This document shows, in pieces, positions 11,403-20,470 of a stretch of DNA of 59,299 bases; the first letter of the stretch is position 1, and each line of letters begins with the position of its first letter. Both the position numbers and the translations under genes were made by a program. This DNA comes from Balanoglossus misakiensis (Eukaryota > Animalia > Hemichordata): assembly GCA_040954595.2 (NCBI GenBank), contig JBECUI020000053.1:1-59299 (forward strand), written 5' to 3'. The notes below the pieces were generated by a model. That model was not told where the DNA came from, searched no databases, and saw only the letters and a list, made by a program, of their open reading frames with translations.

Positions 11403-12934
11403 TTTATAGAGTCAAGTCTGCGCTGAAGATAAGAGAGGTAGTCAGCAGCGGATATCCGTGCATGCTGGTACAATTCATCAAAATTTTGAGTATCTCTCCT
11501 ATCCATAACAAGGTATGATAGTCTCGTATCAAGACATGCACGCCAATTCCCCGATTGAGGCGTAGAAATAAAGTTCTGCAAGGTTTTTATTTCATCGTTA
11601 ATAAAAGCAACCGGGTTTTGCATCCCACCGGGTATACGGATGCTAGCAGAAACAGCGGGCATTGTTTTCAGGTAGTTTAAGACTTCAGGTTGATTTGCGC
11701 GTCTTTTTGCTTGTATATCCATGCCGCTTTGCCCGAGGTCCCAAACATGGGAGTCATGTACCAACAATCCGGCAAATATCTCTGCGTACGAGGCAAGCAC
11801 CATATCGACCTTTTGCAGAACACCGTTTTTATCCTGTCGAGTTATTAGTTTTCGTTGGTAATAAGGAATTTCATTTCTACGCACCAGACGAGTGGAATTT
11901 GTCAGGATAGCTCGATGAGGAGCAGTGAGTTTGGTATGGCTCTTGCCCGGCAGATAATGCATATCCATTCCTGCAAGAAATATATCCCCCTGATAGTAAC
12001 GCCGAATCAAGTAGTAAGCAGTTATACCCACCGACCCAAGGGCAGGGATATTCAGTTGTCCGCAAGATTCTATTACATTGGTAAGATAGAAAGAAGAGAA
12101 CTTGCTAAAAAAGAATGCCGATTTAGTCTGTCGCACGATAGAAGGATGCACAGTCAGATCACAAAGGAATGGAACATTTTTCCAACGGTAGGGAAAAAGA
12201 TCACGGCAATTAAGCAGTTGTGCATCCTGTGATACCACCATATCCGGTATTATTTCCGATGCCGCGAGTGCCGGCAGAATGCTATCGACCGCAAGAATAA
12301 AGAATCGCTTCCGTTCTATTTTCAGAAATGGAAGCCATTCTTCTGCAGAGGGGCCGGCACCCAGCAAAAACACAGGGTTTGCAATTTCAAGCCCTTCCCA
12401 TTGAGGAAGAATAAGCAGGTTTCGGAAAAGATTTTTTATCCATCTTCGGATAAAGTAGCGTTGGGTCAAAGAGTTCTGTCGATTTCGCAGAATGGTTCGC
12501 TGGCATTGCCGGTGCAATTTGCGGTATCGTTCCGTATGCAGAGAAAAGCCAGCACTCAGTGGTAGCAGAACTATCTGATCAATACGGTAACTACGAATCA
12601 TTACATCTAAAGTACTCTCGGCATTATCGACATTATCGATAACACGGCATCGATCACCGATATCGCATAACTCAGAGTTCTCGTGAAGCATAAGAGCACT
12701 CAGTGCCGGCTCATAGTCAATACAGACGAAGTAAAAAGATTTTGCACATGTACGGATGTACTTTCGCAGTCCGAAAGCAAATAGGGGAGATGCCAGAATA
12801 ATCAGACAATTGCCGTCTTTTGGTAAGTGTTCCAGTCTTCGAAGGTTAGAACGTTCATGATTCGGAGCAGTTAAGTATCTTCCCTTATAGCGTATTCGGC
12901 TATATGCACCGGATCTGATAAACTCAAGATTCAC
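11399..12934 (-). CDS. Motility-associated factor (Maf/DUF115, MptE-like) family protein
   Basis: WIKNLFRNL, LLGAGPS, ILAVDS, PDMVV, GSVG, IFLAGMD and GKSH pattern typical of DUF115. Confidence 0.72.
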   Translation of the reverse strand: MNLEFIRSGAYSRIRYKGRYLTAPNHERSNLRRLEHLPKDGNCLIILASPLFAFGLRKYIRTCAKSFYFVCIDYEPALSALMLHENSELCDIGDRCRVIDNVDNAESTLDVMIRSYRIDQIVLLPLSAGFSLHTERYRKLHRQCQRTILRNRQNSLTQRYFIRRWIKNLFRNLLILPQWEGLEIANPVFLLGAGPSAEEWLPFLKIERKRFFILAVDSILPALAASEIIPDMVVSQDAQLLNCRDLFPYRWKNVPFLCDLTVHPSIVRQTKSAFFFSKFSSFYLTNVIESCGQLNIPALGSVGITAYYLIRRYYQGDIFLAGMDMHYLPGKSHTKLTAPHRAILTNSTRLVRRNEIPYYQRKLITRQDKNGVLQKVDMVLASYAEIFAGLLVHDSHVWDLGQSGMDIQAKRRANQPEVLNYLKTMPAVSASIRIPGGMQNPVAFINDEIKTLQNFISTPQSGNWRACLDTRLSYLVMDRRDTQNFDELYQHARISAADYLSYLQRRLDSIN

Positions 12935-14480
12935 TATTAGCAGGGCTGTTATTGGTTTCTTCTGCAGGAACGACTGGTTGTGCTATAAATTGATTGTACG
13001 TTTCACCAAAGAAATCTTGTAGTTTTGTTTCCTGCACAACCGCTTCACGATAGTATTCATGCAGGAAATCCTGGCTCAGGCTTGGATACAAGTCACGCAT
13101 ATTCTCAACATTCTCCTCATTGGGAGCAACTTCATCTACCAATTCGGCAAGAATAAAGGTTTGTTGTAACTTAATCGGGTCAGAGACATCTCCGGCTTTA
13201 AGGGAGAACAACTGTTGAAAGAAATCATCATTGTATGCAGCCGCCCGAAGTGCGGGAATATCATCATTAGTAAGACCATCATTGCTACCGAGTACGTTCC
13301 CATAATCGATATGTATCGGATCACTAGCGAAAATTTGTTTATCATACTCAGGAGCTACAATACTCAATCCACCTTGAGCATTAGCCCGAGTTTGCAATGC
13401 ATTTGCCTGTTCCAATATATAGTCTTCTATTTCTTGCGGGTCATTACTCCGTATGTAGTTTACAATAAATGTAATATCTTCAATTTCTTCTAGATTGATG
13501 ATGGGGGCATCGTTCATTTGCAAGAAAACGTATTGGTTGTTCTTTGTTTGAAATATTTCCGAGTTATTACCAGCCTGAAGGTCAAAAATCTTTTCCAGAT
13601 CTTCATCATTCAACCATTCACTTAGTTGATAAGCATATTGTTTTTCCATTCTACCACCCTTATCTGCAGAGTCATCAATAGAATAGAGGCGAGCAAGGTC
13701 TTCAAATGTATTTTGCTCAGCTAGTAATTCACTACGGACTGTTTCCAGGTCTTCCTGGGTCTGCATGGTTATGCGCGATAGGTCAGCCGATCGAAATAGA
13801 TCCTGATGCTCAAGCCCATAATTTTTTGCTTGTACATCGGGATATTCATCCAAAGAAAAGGTAAGAAAGTTAAATCTCCTACTAGTTCCCAGGAGTTCTT
13901 CGATAAAATCTATTTCTGTTTTTGATGTATGAATGTTTTCCAGCAAGTCCTGGCGGACCTGTGATGCGATAAGTATTTCCTTACTAAGATTTCGCATGGA
14001 GAAGAGTTCCTGACTACTGGCATTTCTGTATAAATCAACACTAAAACGCCCGTTCTCCTGAAAACGTGGGCTTTTAATTATTGTTTTCTCAATAGCTTCT
14101 TCGGATACAACCGCACGGCTTTCTTCTCCCAGGTTCAAGGTAGCAGCATGTTCAATTGCCCGATCGAATGCCTCACGCCAGAGTGAGCGTAATTGAAACT
14201 GCAACATATTATCATCAAATGCCACCGATCTATCAATATTGTTTGCCAGATATTCGTACACATTGGCAAAGTAATTCCCCTGCCGGTAGTCAATTTCATT
14301 ATTTGCGTAGGTGCCGAAAACAAGTCGCCCTGCTTGGTTACTCCCGATACCGATAAGAGGAGCTCCGATAAAGGTAATAACAATAATTGCCAGGATAACA
14401 ATTGTTCCAATATATATTCCACGATTGTTGAAACGGGGTGTTTTTACTTCTTTATTTTGTTCTTTAGTTTTTATTGCCAT
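12924..14480 (-). CDS. SurA N-terminal domain / parvulin-type periplasmic chaperone (PpiD-like)
   Basis: N-terminal TM anchor, FQENGRFS, parvulin-like FEDLARLYSIDDSADKGG, LKAGDVSDPI. Confidence 0.8.
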   Translation of the reverse strand: MAIKTKEQNKEVKTPRFNNRGIYIGTIVILAIIVITFIGAPLIGIGSNQAGRLVFGTYANNEIDYRQGNYFANVYEYLANNIDRSVAFDDNMLQFQLRSLWREAFDRAIEHAATLNLGEESRAVVSEEAIEKTIIKSPRFQENGRFSVDLYRNASSQELFSMRNLSKEILIASQVRQDLLENIHTSKTEIDFIEELLGTSRRFNFLTFSLDEYPDVQAKNYGLEHQDLFRSADLSRITMQTQEDLETVRSELLAEQNTFEDLARLYSIDDSADKGGRMEKQYAYQLSEWLNDEDLEKIFDLQAGNNSEIFQTKNNQYVFLQMNDAPIINLEEIEDITFIVNYIRSNDPQEIEDYILEQANALQTRANAQGGLSIVAPEYDKQIFASDPIHIDYGNVLGSNDGLTNDDIPALRAAAYNDDFFQQLFSLKAGDVSDPIKLQQTFILAELVDEVAPNEENVENMRDLYPSLSQDFLHEYYREAVVQETKLQDFFGETYNQFIAQPVVPAEETNNSPANSES

Positions 14481-14506
14481 AGAATCATCCTTTTATGTTG
14501 CAATAT

Positions 14507-14536
14507 AGTATATGCAATAGCTCGTATTTTTGTCAA
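14507..14536 (-). promoter_or_regulatory. Sigma70-type promoter for chaperone-maf operon
   Basis: TTGACA-18bp-TATACT on the minus strand. Confidence 0.6.
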
Positions 14537-14600
14537 GGAAAGCACTCTTGTATTTTTTTTAGCTGCTATACTATACTGAAGTACATAGATTATGAGAAAT

Positions 14601-14672
14601 CGGGCTGTAGCGCAGAGGTAGCGCGCGCCGTTCGGGACGGTGAGGTCGGCGGTTCAAATCCGCCCAGCCCGA
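14601..14672 (+). tRNA. tRNA-Pro(CGG)
   Basis: CGGGCTG/CAGCCCG acceptor stem, anticodon loop TTCGGGA, GGTTCAAATCC; no CCA. Confidence 0.95.
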
Positions 14673-14750
14673 GTAGCAGCCCGCAATCCCCCACCGACTG
14701 AATAATTTGAATAGTTTGCAAAATAAATGCTTTCAGTTGTATCTAGTGTG

Positions 14751-14779
14751 TCAAGAAATACCGTATTGCATACCGAAAA
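14751..14779 (+). promoter_or_regulatory. Possible sigma28-type promoter for the LysM/M23 gene
   Basis: TCAAG-16bp-ACCGAAAA, similar to the flaB and flgF upstream motifs in this window. Confidence 0.35.
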
Positions 14780-14791
14780 TGTAGGTACAGG

Positions 14792-15607
14792 ATGAAGTAT
14801 TTACTGCTTATTTTCTTATTTCTTTTCTTTCTGCAGTTAGGAATTGCCGAAATCCATCAGGTACAGCAAGGTGAAACGCTCTACAGCATCTCAAAGCAGT
14901 ACAATGTTCCACTGGAGTTAATTGTAGCCTGGAACGATATTATGGATCCGACATTGTTAAAGAAGGGAAGCACGATAACCATCCCTGATATATATAGTGT
15001 TGCCAAGGGGGATACCCTCTACAGCATAGCGCGTGCCTTTGATATTGGCATTGATGCATTGAAGGCGGAGAATCATCTCACTGATAATGACATCAAGCAG
15101 GGTGATAAACTCTTCATACCGGGAATGCAAAAAACCGAGTCTTCAATGCCTGATCAAGAAATCATAATTCCAGTAACAAAGAACATCACGAAGGAAAACA
15201 AGCCATCCACAAACAGATCAAATGCTTCCAGCGAATCGCTTGTCAATTTGAGCAGCAACTTCGATAATTTACCCGTAGAGGGAAATGTATCGGAACGTAA
15301 GGGAAAACTCCCGGGCATTGTTATTCATAGTGAATTAGGCAAAGATGTGCATGCTGTTCGCGAAGGAACTGTTATCTATGCCGGTCCCCATTCCAGTTTC
15401 GGCAATGTTATTTTTGTCCAGGCATCAGGAAATTATATTTACGTCTATGCCGGACAGGCAGAACTTCTTGTTCAGGTAGGCGACCAGGTAAATGCCGGAC
15501 AGGTCATCGGCACAGTTGGCATATCACCCGAAACGAATACGCCGGCTTTGTACTTTTCTGTATGGAAAGACAGTCGTTTTGTTCAAGCACGATACGTGAA
15601 TCGTTAG
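14792..15607 (+). CDS. LysM x2 plus M23 peptidase-like domain protein (NlpD-like)
   Basis: Two LysM repeats (VQQGETLYSISK, VAKGDTLYSIAR); M23 fold with zinc-ligand histidines apparently replaced (VYAG, LYFSV). Confidence 0.85.
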   Translation: MKYLLLIFLFLFFLQLGIAEIHQVQQGETLYSISKQYNVPLELIVAWNDIMDPTLLKKGSTITIPDIYSVAKGDTLYSIARAFDIGIDALKAENHLTDNDIKQGDKLFIPGMQKTESSMPDQEIIIPVTKNITKENKPSTNRSNASSESLVNLSSNFDNLPVEGNVSERKGKLPGIVIHSELGKDVHAVREGTVIYAGPHSSFGNVIFVQASGNYIYVYAGQAELLVQVGDQVNAGQVIGTVGISPETNTPALYFSVWKDSRFVQARYVNR

Positions 15608-15618
15608 TTCCTAAGCAC

Positions 15619-15648
15619 TTGACATACTGGATATAGAATGAGTACACT
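15619..15648 (+). promoter_or_regulatory. Sigma70-type promoter for tRNA-Met-cysS-sufE
   Basis: TTGACA-18bp-TACACT. Confidence 0.55.
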
Positions 15649-15662
15649 GAAAAAGTAAATTT

Positions 15663-15735
15663 GGTGACGTAGCTCAGTTGGTAGAGCAAGCGGCTCATAT
15701 CCGCTCGGTCGGGGGTTCGAGTCCCTTCGTCACTA
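15663..15735 (+). tRNA. tRNA with CAU anticodon, probably elongator tRNA-Met (Ile2 not excluded)
   Basis: GGTGACG/CGTCACT acceptor stem, AGCGG-CTCATAT-CCGCT anticodon arm; lacks the initiator C1:A72 mismatch; no CCA. Confidence 0.92.
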
Positions 15736-15744
15736 CGTACATGT

Positions 15745-17187
15745 ATGCAGGTACTCTACGAACAGTATTCACCCACGGTATATAATTATCTCAGCAGGGA
15801 GAAAGAACCATTTTCTCCCCTACGTCCCCCCCATGTCGGACTCTATGTCTGTGGTCCCACTGTCTACGGTGCACCCCATCTAGGACATGCTCGTACTGCG
15901 GTAACATTTGACTGCATCTACCGGTATCTCACCCATCTTGGGTATAAGGTTCGCTATGTTCGCAATATTACCGACATCGGCGATATTGAGGAAGGCGGAG
16001 AAGATAAGATTATCAAGCAGGCAAGAATTGAAGAACGGGAGCCGATGGAGATAGCACAACGCTATACCCAGCTCTATCATCGGGCATTGGAGAAACTAGG
16101 GGTAAGCCCGCCAAGCATTGAACCGCGAGCAAGTGGGCATATTCCTGAACAAATTGAAATAATCAGTCGGATAATGGATGCGGGATATGCCTACGAAGCA
16201 GAGGGAACCATCTATTTCGATCTAGCTAAATATACTGAGCAGTATGAGTACGGGCGTTTATCCGGCAAGGTGGTTGATGACTTAAGAACGGCAGTACGTG
16301 ATATCAAGAATGTCGCGAACAAGCGTAATTCTCTCGACTTCGCTCTTTGGAAACCAGCTGTCTCTCCCTTTGGTTGGCTTTCTCCCTGGGGTAGAGGATA
16401 TCCAGGCTGGCATTTGGAATGTACTGCTATGAGTACAAAGTATCTTGGAGAGGAGTTTGACATCCATGGAGGCGGACTGGATCTGCAATTCCCGCATCAC
16501 GAAGCAGAGATTGCACAGAGTCAGATAGCCTATTCCTGTTATCCGGCAAGGTATTGGCTGTACAGTAATTTGCTTAGCATCGGCGATCAGAAAATGAGCA
16601 AAAGCCTCGGCAATTTTATCACTATGGAGCAATTATTCACCGGGGACCATGCTCTTCTATCGGGACCCGTTTCACCGAATGAACTACGCTTTTGGATGTT
16701 GCGAAGCCATTATAGAAGTCCGCTCATCTTTACTGAAGAAGCCGTGCGGGAAGCAGGCAAGGGACTTGAACGCCTAATCGGATACTATGCCCAGGCAAAG
16801 AAGATTATCACCGAAGGAAAAGAAGAAGCACTGCCTCTTGAGTTGGAGGAACTTATTTCCTCCCTCTATCGTTCCATGAGTGATGACTTTAATACGTCGC
16901 GGCTCATAGCTGGTCTTTTCGATCTTGGATCATATTTTTCTCATCCATCGAGTGACCGGAACATCAAAAGGGCAGCAGAAGTCTTTGTGCAATTCTACAA
17001 TTCCGTCCTTGGGCTTGAAGGCGAGAGTGATAAGCAGGAGTCAAACAATCTTATTGCCGATCTTCTTCTGCTTCGAGATGAACTCCGCCAGGAAGGAAAG
17101 TATCAACTTGCTGATCGCATTCGGAGCATCCTGACCGATGCAGGTTTAGTAGTGCAGGATATCCGGCAAGATAAAGGAAGCACCTGA
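15745..17187 (+). CDS. cysS: Cysteine-tRNA ligase
   Basis: YVCGPTVY, HLGH, PGWHLEC, DIHGGGLDLQFPHHEAE, KMSKS. Confidence 0.98.
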   Translation: MQVLYEQYSPTVYNYLSREKEPFSPLRPPHVGLYVCGPTVYGAPHLGHARTAVTFDCIYRYLTHLGYKVRYVRNITDIGDIEEGGEDKIIKQARIEEREPMEIAQRYTQLYHRALEKLGVSPPSIEPRASGHIPEQIEIISRIMDAGYAYEAEGTIYFDLAKYTEQYEYGRLSGKVVDDLRTAVRDIKNVANKRNSLDFALWKPAVSPFGWLSPWGRGYPGWHLECTAMSTKYLGEEFDIHGGGLDLQFPHHEAEIAQSQIAYSCYPARYWLYSNLLSIGDQKMSKSLGNFITMEQLFTGDHALLSGPVSPNELRFWMLRSHYRSPLIFTEEAVREAGKGLERLIGYYAQAKKIITEGKEEALPLELEELISSLYRSMSDDFNTSRLIAGLFDLGSYFSHPSSDRNIKRAAEVFVQFYNSVLGLEGESDKQESNNLIADLLLLRDELRQEGKYQLADRIRSILTDAGLVVQDIRQDKGST

Positions 17188-17194
17188 GCATAAA

Positions 17195-17638
17195 ATGCAA
17201 ACAATACAGGAAATGCAGAATTATTTACAAGCATGTGCTGAGGAATTAGAAGATGCAGCCCTTATCGAAGCCTTTGAGTTTTATCGTGTGTTATCTGAGT
17301 ACGGTAATCAGCTAGATCCCCTTCCTGAGCAGGATAAGATAGACGAGAACTTTGTATATGGCTGTGTTTCGCAAGTATACATCTCTGCAACTGTACGGGA
17401 AAATCGGATTTATTACTGCGGTTCTTCAGAGGTTCTAACCATTCGGGGCATCCTTCAAATCCTTATTACCGCATTCAGCGGACTCTTGATCCAAGATTTT
17501 CTCTCTGCCGGCAAAGATGCGATACAAAATTTTGTTCAGAAGACCAATCTCACGACATTCCTTACCCCAACTCGTGCCAATTCCTTTGGCAATATATACG
17601 AACTTATGCGCACTCATGCTGAACAGAGGAAAGAATAG
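17195..17638 (+). CDS. sufE: SufE family sulfur acceptor protein
   Basis: ENFVYGCVSQVY with the conserved Cys; LTPTRANS tail. Confidence 0.85.
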   Translation: MQTIQEMQNYLQACAEELEDAALIEAFEFYRVLSEYGNQLDPLPEQDKIDENFVYGCVSQVYISATVRENRIYYCGSSEVLTIRGILQILITAFSGLLIQDFLSAGKDAIQNFVQKTNLTTFLTPTRANSFGNIYELMRTHAEQRKE

Positions 17639-17643
17639 CTCTT

Positions 17644-18504
17644 CTATTCCCAAGTCGGCGGATAGACATCCTGGTCTACGCGTTGTTTGGTAAAGACCTT
17701 TGGTTGTTTATCGGGATGGGGACCGAACCTGTAATTGCTATTCATTGCATCAATCGCATACATATCCTCATCTGAGAGGGTAAAGTCGAAAATATTAAAA
17801 TTTTCTTCTATGCGTGTCTTTGTAACCGACTTTGGAATAACTATTAATCCATGCTGAATATGCCAGCGCAGCACAACCTGTGCTGCAGTTTTGTTATGTG
17901 ATTTTGCAATATTCGGTAGGGGTGGACGATTGAGCGATCCCTTCATGAGAGGAGCCCAAGACTCAATTATAATTCCCCTATCGGCTAATTCGCTGCGAAG
18001 TTCTTGCTGATTCAAAAGCGGATGCAATTCAACCTGATTGACTGCAGGAACGATCTGTGAGTTTTTCCCGAGTGAACGAATATGATGATCTTGAAAATTA
18101 CTAACACCAAGGGCACGAATACGTTTATCAGCATACAGTTTTTCCATTGCTCGCCATGTATCACCCTGCTTTTCCGGGTACGGCCAGTGTATGAGATACA
18201 GATCAAGGTAGTCGAGACCCAGTTTTTTTGTACTTTTTTCAAATGCACGCAATGTATTATCGTAGCCCTGTTCATCACCCCATATTTTTGTTGTAACAAA
18301 CAATTCTTCGCGGGGGATAGCACAAGCTGCCAGTGCACTCCCGACACCGCTTTCATTTGCATATAATGATGCCGTATCGATACTTCTGTATCCAACCGAT
18401 ATGGCATACTCCACCACCTCTTGTACTTGATCATTTGGTATTTCAAAAGTACCAAATCCAAGTGCAGGAATTACAGTACCATTGTTTAGTGTGATATATT
18501 TCAT
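17644..18504 (-). CDS. Aldo/keto reductase (DkgA/YvgN-like)
   Basis: GYRSIDTASLY, LFVTTK, YLDLYLIHWP, GVSNF, NQVELHP, IPKS. Confidence 0.95.
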   Translation of the reverse strand: MKYITLNNGTVIPALGFGTFEIPNDQVQEVVEYAISVGYRSIDTASLYANESGVGSALAACAIPREELFVTTKIWGDEQGYDNTLRAFEKSTKKLGLDYLDLYLIHWPYPEKQGDTWRAMEKLYADKRIRALGVSNFQDHHIRSLGKNSQIVPAVNQVELHPLLNQQELRSELADRGIIIESWAPLMKGSLNRPPLPNIAKSHNKTAAQVVLRWHIQHGLIVIPKSVTKTRIEENFNIFDFTLSDEDMYAIDAMNSNYRFGPHPDKQPKVFTKQRVDQDVYPPTWE

Positions 18505-18551
18505 ATTAGTCGTAATTATATCATAAAAAGAAAAGATAAACAATAATGCAC

Positions 18552-18581
18552 TTGACAAAAAAGGTAGTCAGAGTACATAAT
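18552..18581 (+). promoter_or_regulatory. Sigma70-type promoter for rpsT operon
   Basis: TTGACA-18bp-CATAAT. Confidence 0.55.
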
Positions 18582-18618
18582 AAGTGAATGATATTATTAC
18601 ATTGTCCGGAGGGAAGTA

Positions 18619-18891
18619 TTGCAAAAGAACAGTTCAGTAGCAAAAAGACATCGTCAAAGTGAGCACCGGCGCATTCGTAACCGTGCCGTTCGAACCAGTG
18701 TGCGAGGTGCAATTAAAGACTTCTTGAATACCATTGCGGATAAGAATACTGATGAGGCAAAAAGTCTATTACAGCGGATTACAAAACTCATCGATACAGC
18801 ACAGCGCAAAGGGGTCTATCATAGGAATACGGTTGCACGCACAAAGTCACGTTTACACAAGAAATATAATCTTTTAGTAAGAGATAATTAA
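18619..18891 (+). CDS. rpsT: 30S ribosomal protein S20
   Basis: AKRHRQSEHRRIRNR, KGVYHRNTVARTKSRL. Confidence 0.96.
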   Translation: MQKNSSVAKRHRQSEHRRIRNRAVRTSVRGAIKDFLNTIADKNTDEAKSLLQRITKLIDTAQRKGVYHRNTVARTKSRLHKKYNLLVRDN

Positions 18892-19199
18892 TGGGTATGG
18901 AACATGCGAAGACTACTAGACAGGAAATTGCAGGTAATGTCTTTAATCGTTCCAATATTACTCGTAAAGATGTCGAACAAGTTATTGATTTATTTATGGA
19001 TCAAATAGCAGTTGCATTAGAGCAGCAGAAGCGTGTAGAAATTCGTGGGTTCGGTACATTTATGCTAAAGAGAAGAAAGCCACGGAATAATGCACATAAT
19101 CCGCGAAACCCATCAGTTAAAATACCCATTGAGGAGCATAATGTTGTTGTGTTTCGACCAGGACGTTCCTTGCGTGAACGTGTATGGAAACTACTGTAG
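18891..19199 (+). CDS. HU/IHF family DNA-binding protein (Hbb-like)
   Basis: VEIRGFGTF, HNP, VVVFRPG; follows rpsT as in spirochaetes. Confidence 0.93.
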   Translation: MGMEHAKTTRQEIAGNVFNRSNITRKDVEQVIDLFMDQIAVALEQQKRVEIRGFGTFMLKRRKPRNNAHNPRNPSVKIPIEEHNVVVFRPGRSLRERVWKLL

Positions 19200-19216
19200 A
19201 GGGGGAGGGAAAAAAT

Positions 19217-20029
19217 ATGTCAGATAAGAAGCCTCAGAGCAAAGATCATTGGTTTGATAATAAGAATTCTACAATACTTATTGTTGATGATGATGAGGTG
19301 AATCGTGAATTTTTTGAGGTTATGTTAAAACGTCTGAGTTTTAACGTTAAGGTTGCTGCTGACGGAGAAGAGGCTCTTGAAAAATTGCATGAAGGCGGAA
19401 TTAGTTTAGTTCTGCTTGACAATTTGCTTCCAAAATATTCAGGATGGGAAGTTACCAGAATCATTCGTAATGAGCCTGAGCACGAGAAACATAAAAATGT
19501 TCCCATTATAATGTTTTCGGCAATGAATACGGCAGAAGGCAAAATTAGAGGATACGATCTTGGTATTGACGATTACATTACCAAACCCTTTAATTTTGTT
19601 GAGGTACTCGCACGTATTAAGTCCGTTTTACGACATCGGGCTGTTATTGAGCAAATACTCCGGCGGGAGAAACAAATTGGTTTGGCAGATGCCCTCAATA
19701 AATCACTTTTATATTTTTCCAATCATGTCATTAAGGATACTGTAGAATCTCTGCATAGCCGTGCCTTTGATATATTGAAACAGGAAAAAATAGAATCCTC
19801 TGAGCATGTTTTGAAGGATCTAGCAGAGGAACTCTCACAGAGTGCAGGAAAAATTCTTGCGGCACTCAGTGAGGTAGAAAAAGAGTTTCAATACCAGCAA
19901 AAGCAACGCGAAGCTATTAAGGAAACGGAGATAGATATTGATGTGCTTGATAAGAAGTATTGGAACAGCCTAAAGGAACTTGGCAGCGTAGGTAAGGACG
20001 GCGGTCAAGATACAAACAAAAACGAATAA
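19217..20029 (+). CDS. Response regulator: receiver domain plus helical C-terminal extension
   Basis: ILIVDDD, LVLLDNLLP, IIMFSA, DDYITKPF; no recognisable DNA-binding output; start may be 19184. Confidence 0.88.
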   Translation: MSDKKPQSKDHWFDNKNSTILIVDDDEVNREFFEVMLKRLSFNVKVAADGEEALEKLHEGGISLVLLDNLLPKYSGWEVTRIIRNEPEHEKHKNVPIIMFSAMNTAEGKIRGYDLGIDDYITKPFNFVEVLARIKSVLRHRAVIEQILRREKQIGLADALNKSLLYFSNHVIKDTVESLHSRAFDILKQEKIESSEHVLKDLAEELSQSAGKILAALSEVEKEFQYQQKQREAIKETEIDIDVLDKKYWNSLKELGSVGKDGGQDTNKNE

Positions 20030-20032
20030 ATC

Positions 20033-20470
20033 ATGGCTAAGAAAAAAACTAAGAGCGACTTGTCTCGTTTAGCTACTCCGGTTATTGAGACGGTTACTTA
20101 CCTGGGCAAAGGTAGTTCCTTCAAGGGAAAGATTACATTTACCGAATCGGTAACGATCAGGGGAACGTACGAGGGTGAAATAGACACTACCGGTTTTTTA
20201 TACATTGAAGACGGTGCCACCGTCCGTGCGAGCATTCGTGCGGCAAATGTTATTATAGGCGGCATTGTACATGGCAATATTGATGCTACCGAGAGCATAG
20301 AGATGCTTGCTACAAGCAAGATCTACGGCAATGTCAGTACAGTCATTCTTCATATAGCTGATGGCGTTGTCTTTGAGGGACAGTGTAAAATGATTACAAA
20401 GTCCGAGGAGTTGGATATTTTTGCTGTGCACCCGGAACAAATCAGGGAACGATACGAACAAACAACATAA
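20033..20470 (+). CDS. Bactofilin (polymer-forming cytoskeletal protein)
   Basis: TYLGKGSSFKGKI, IRGTYEGEI, IIGGIVHGNI, GVVFEGQC beta-helix repeats. Confidence 0.92.
   Translation: MAKKKTKSDLSRLATPVIETVTYLGKGSSFKGKITFTESVTIRGTYEGEIDTTGFLYIEDGATVRASIRAANVIIGGIVHGNIDATESIEMLATSKIYGNVSTVILHIADGVVFEGQCKMITKSEELDIFAVHPEQIRERYEQTT

Noticed and set aside
14673-14700. GC-rich stretch after tRNA-Pro resembling a tRNA 3' end (possible att scar)
   Set aside because: The similarity is short and imperfect, and there is no integrase or second direct repeat in the window.
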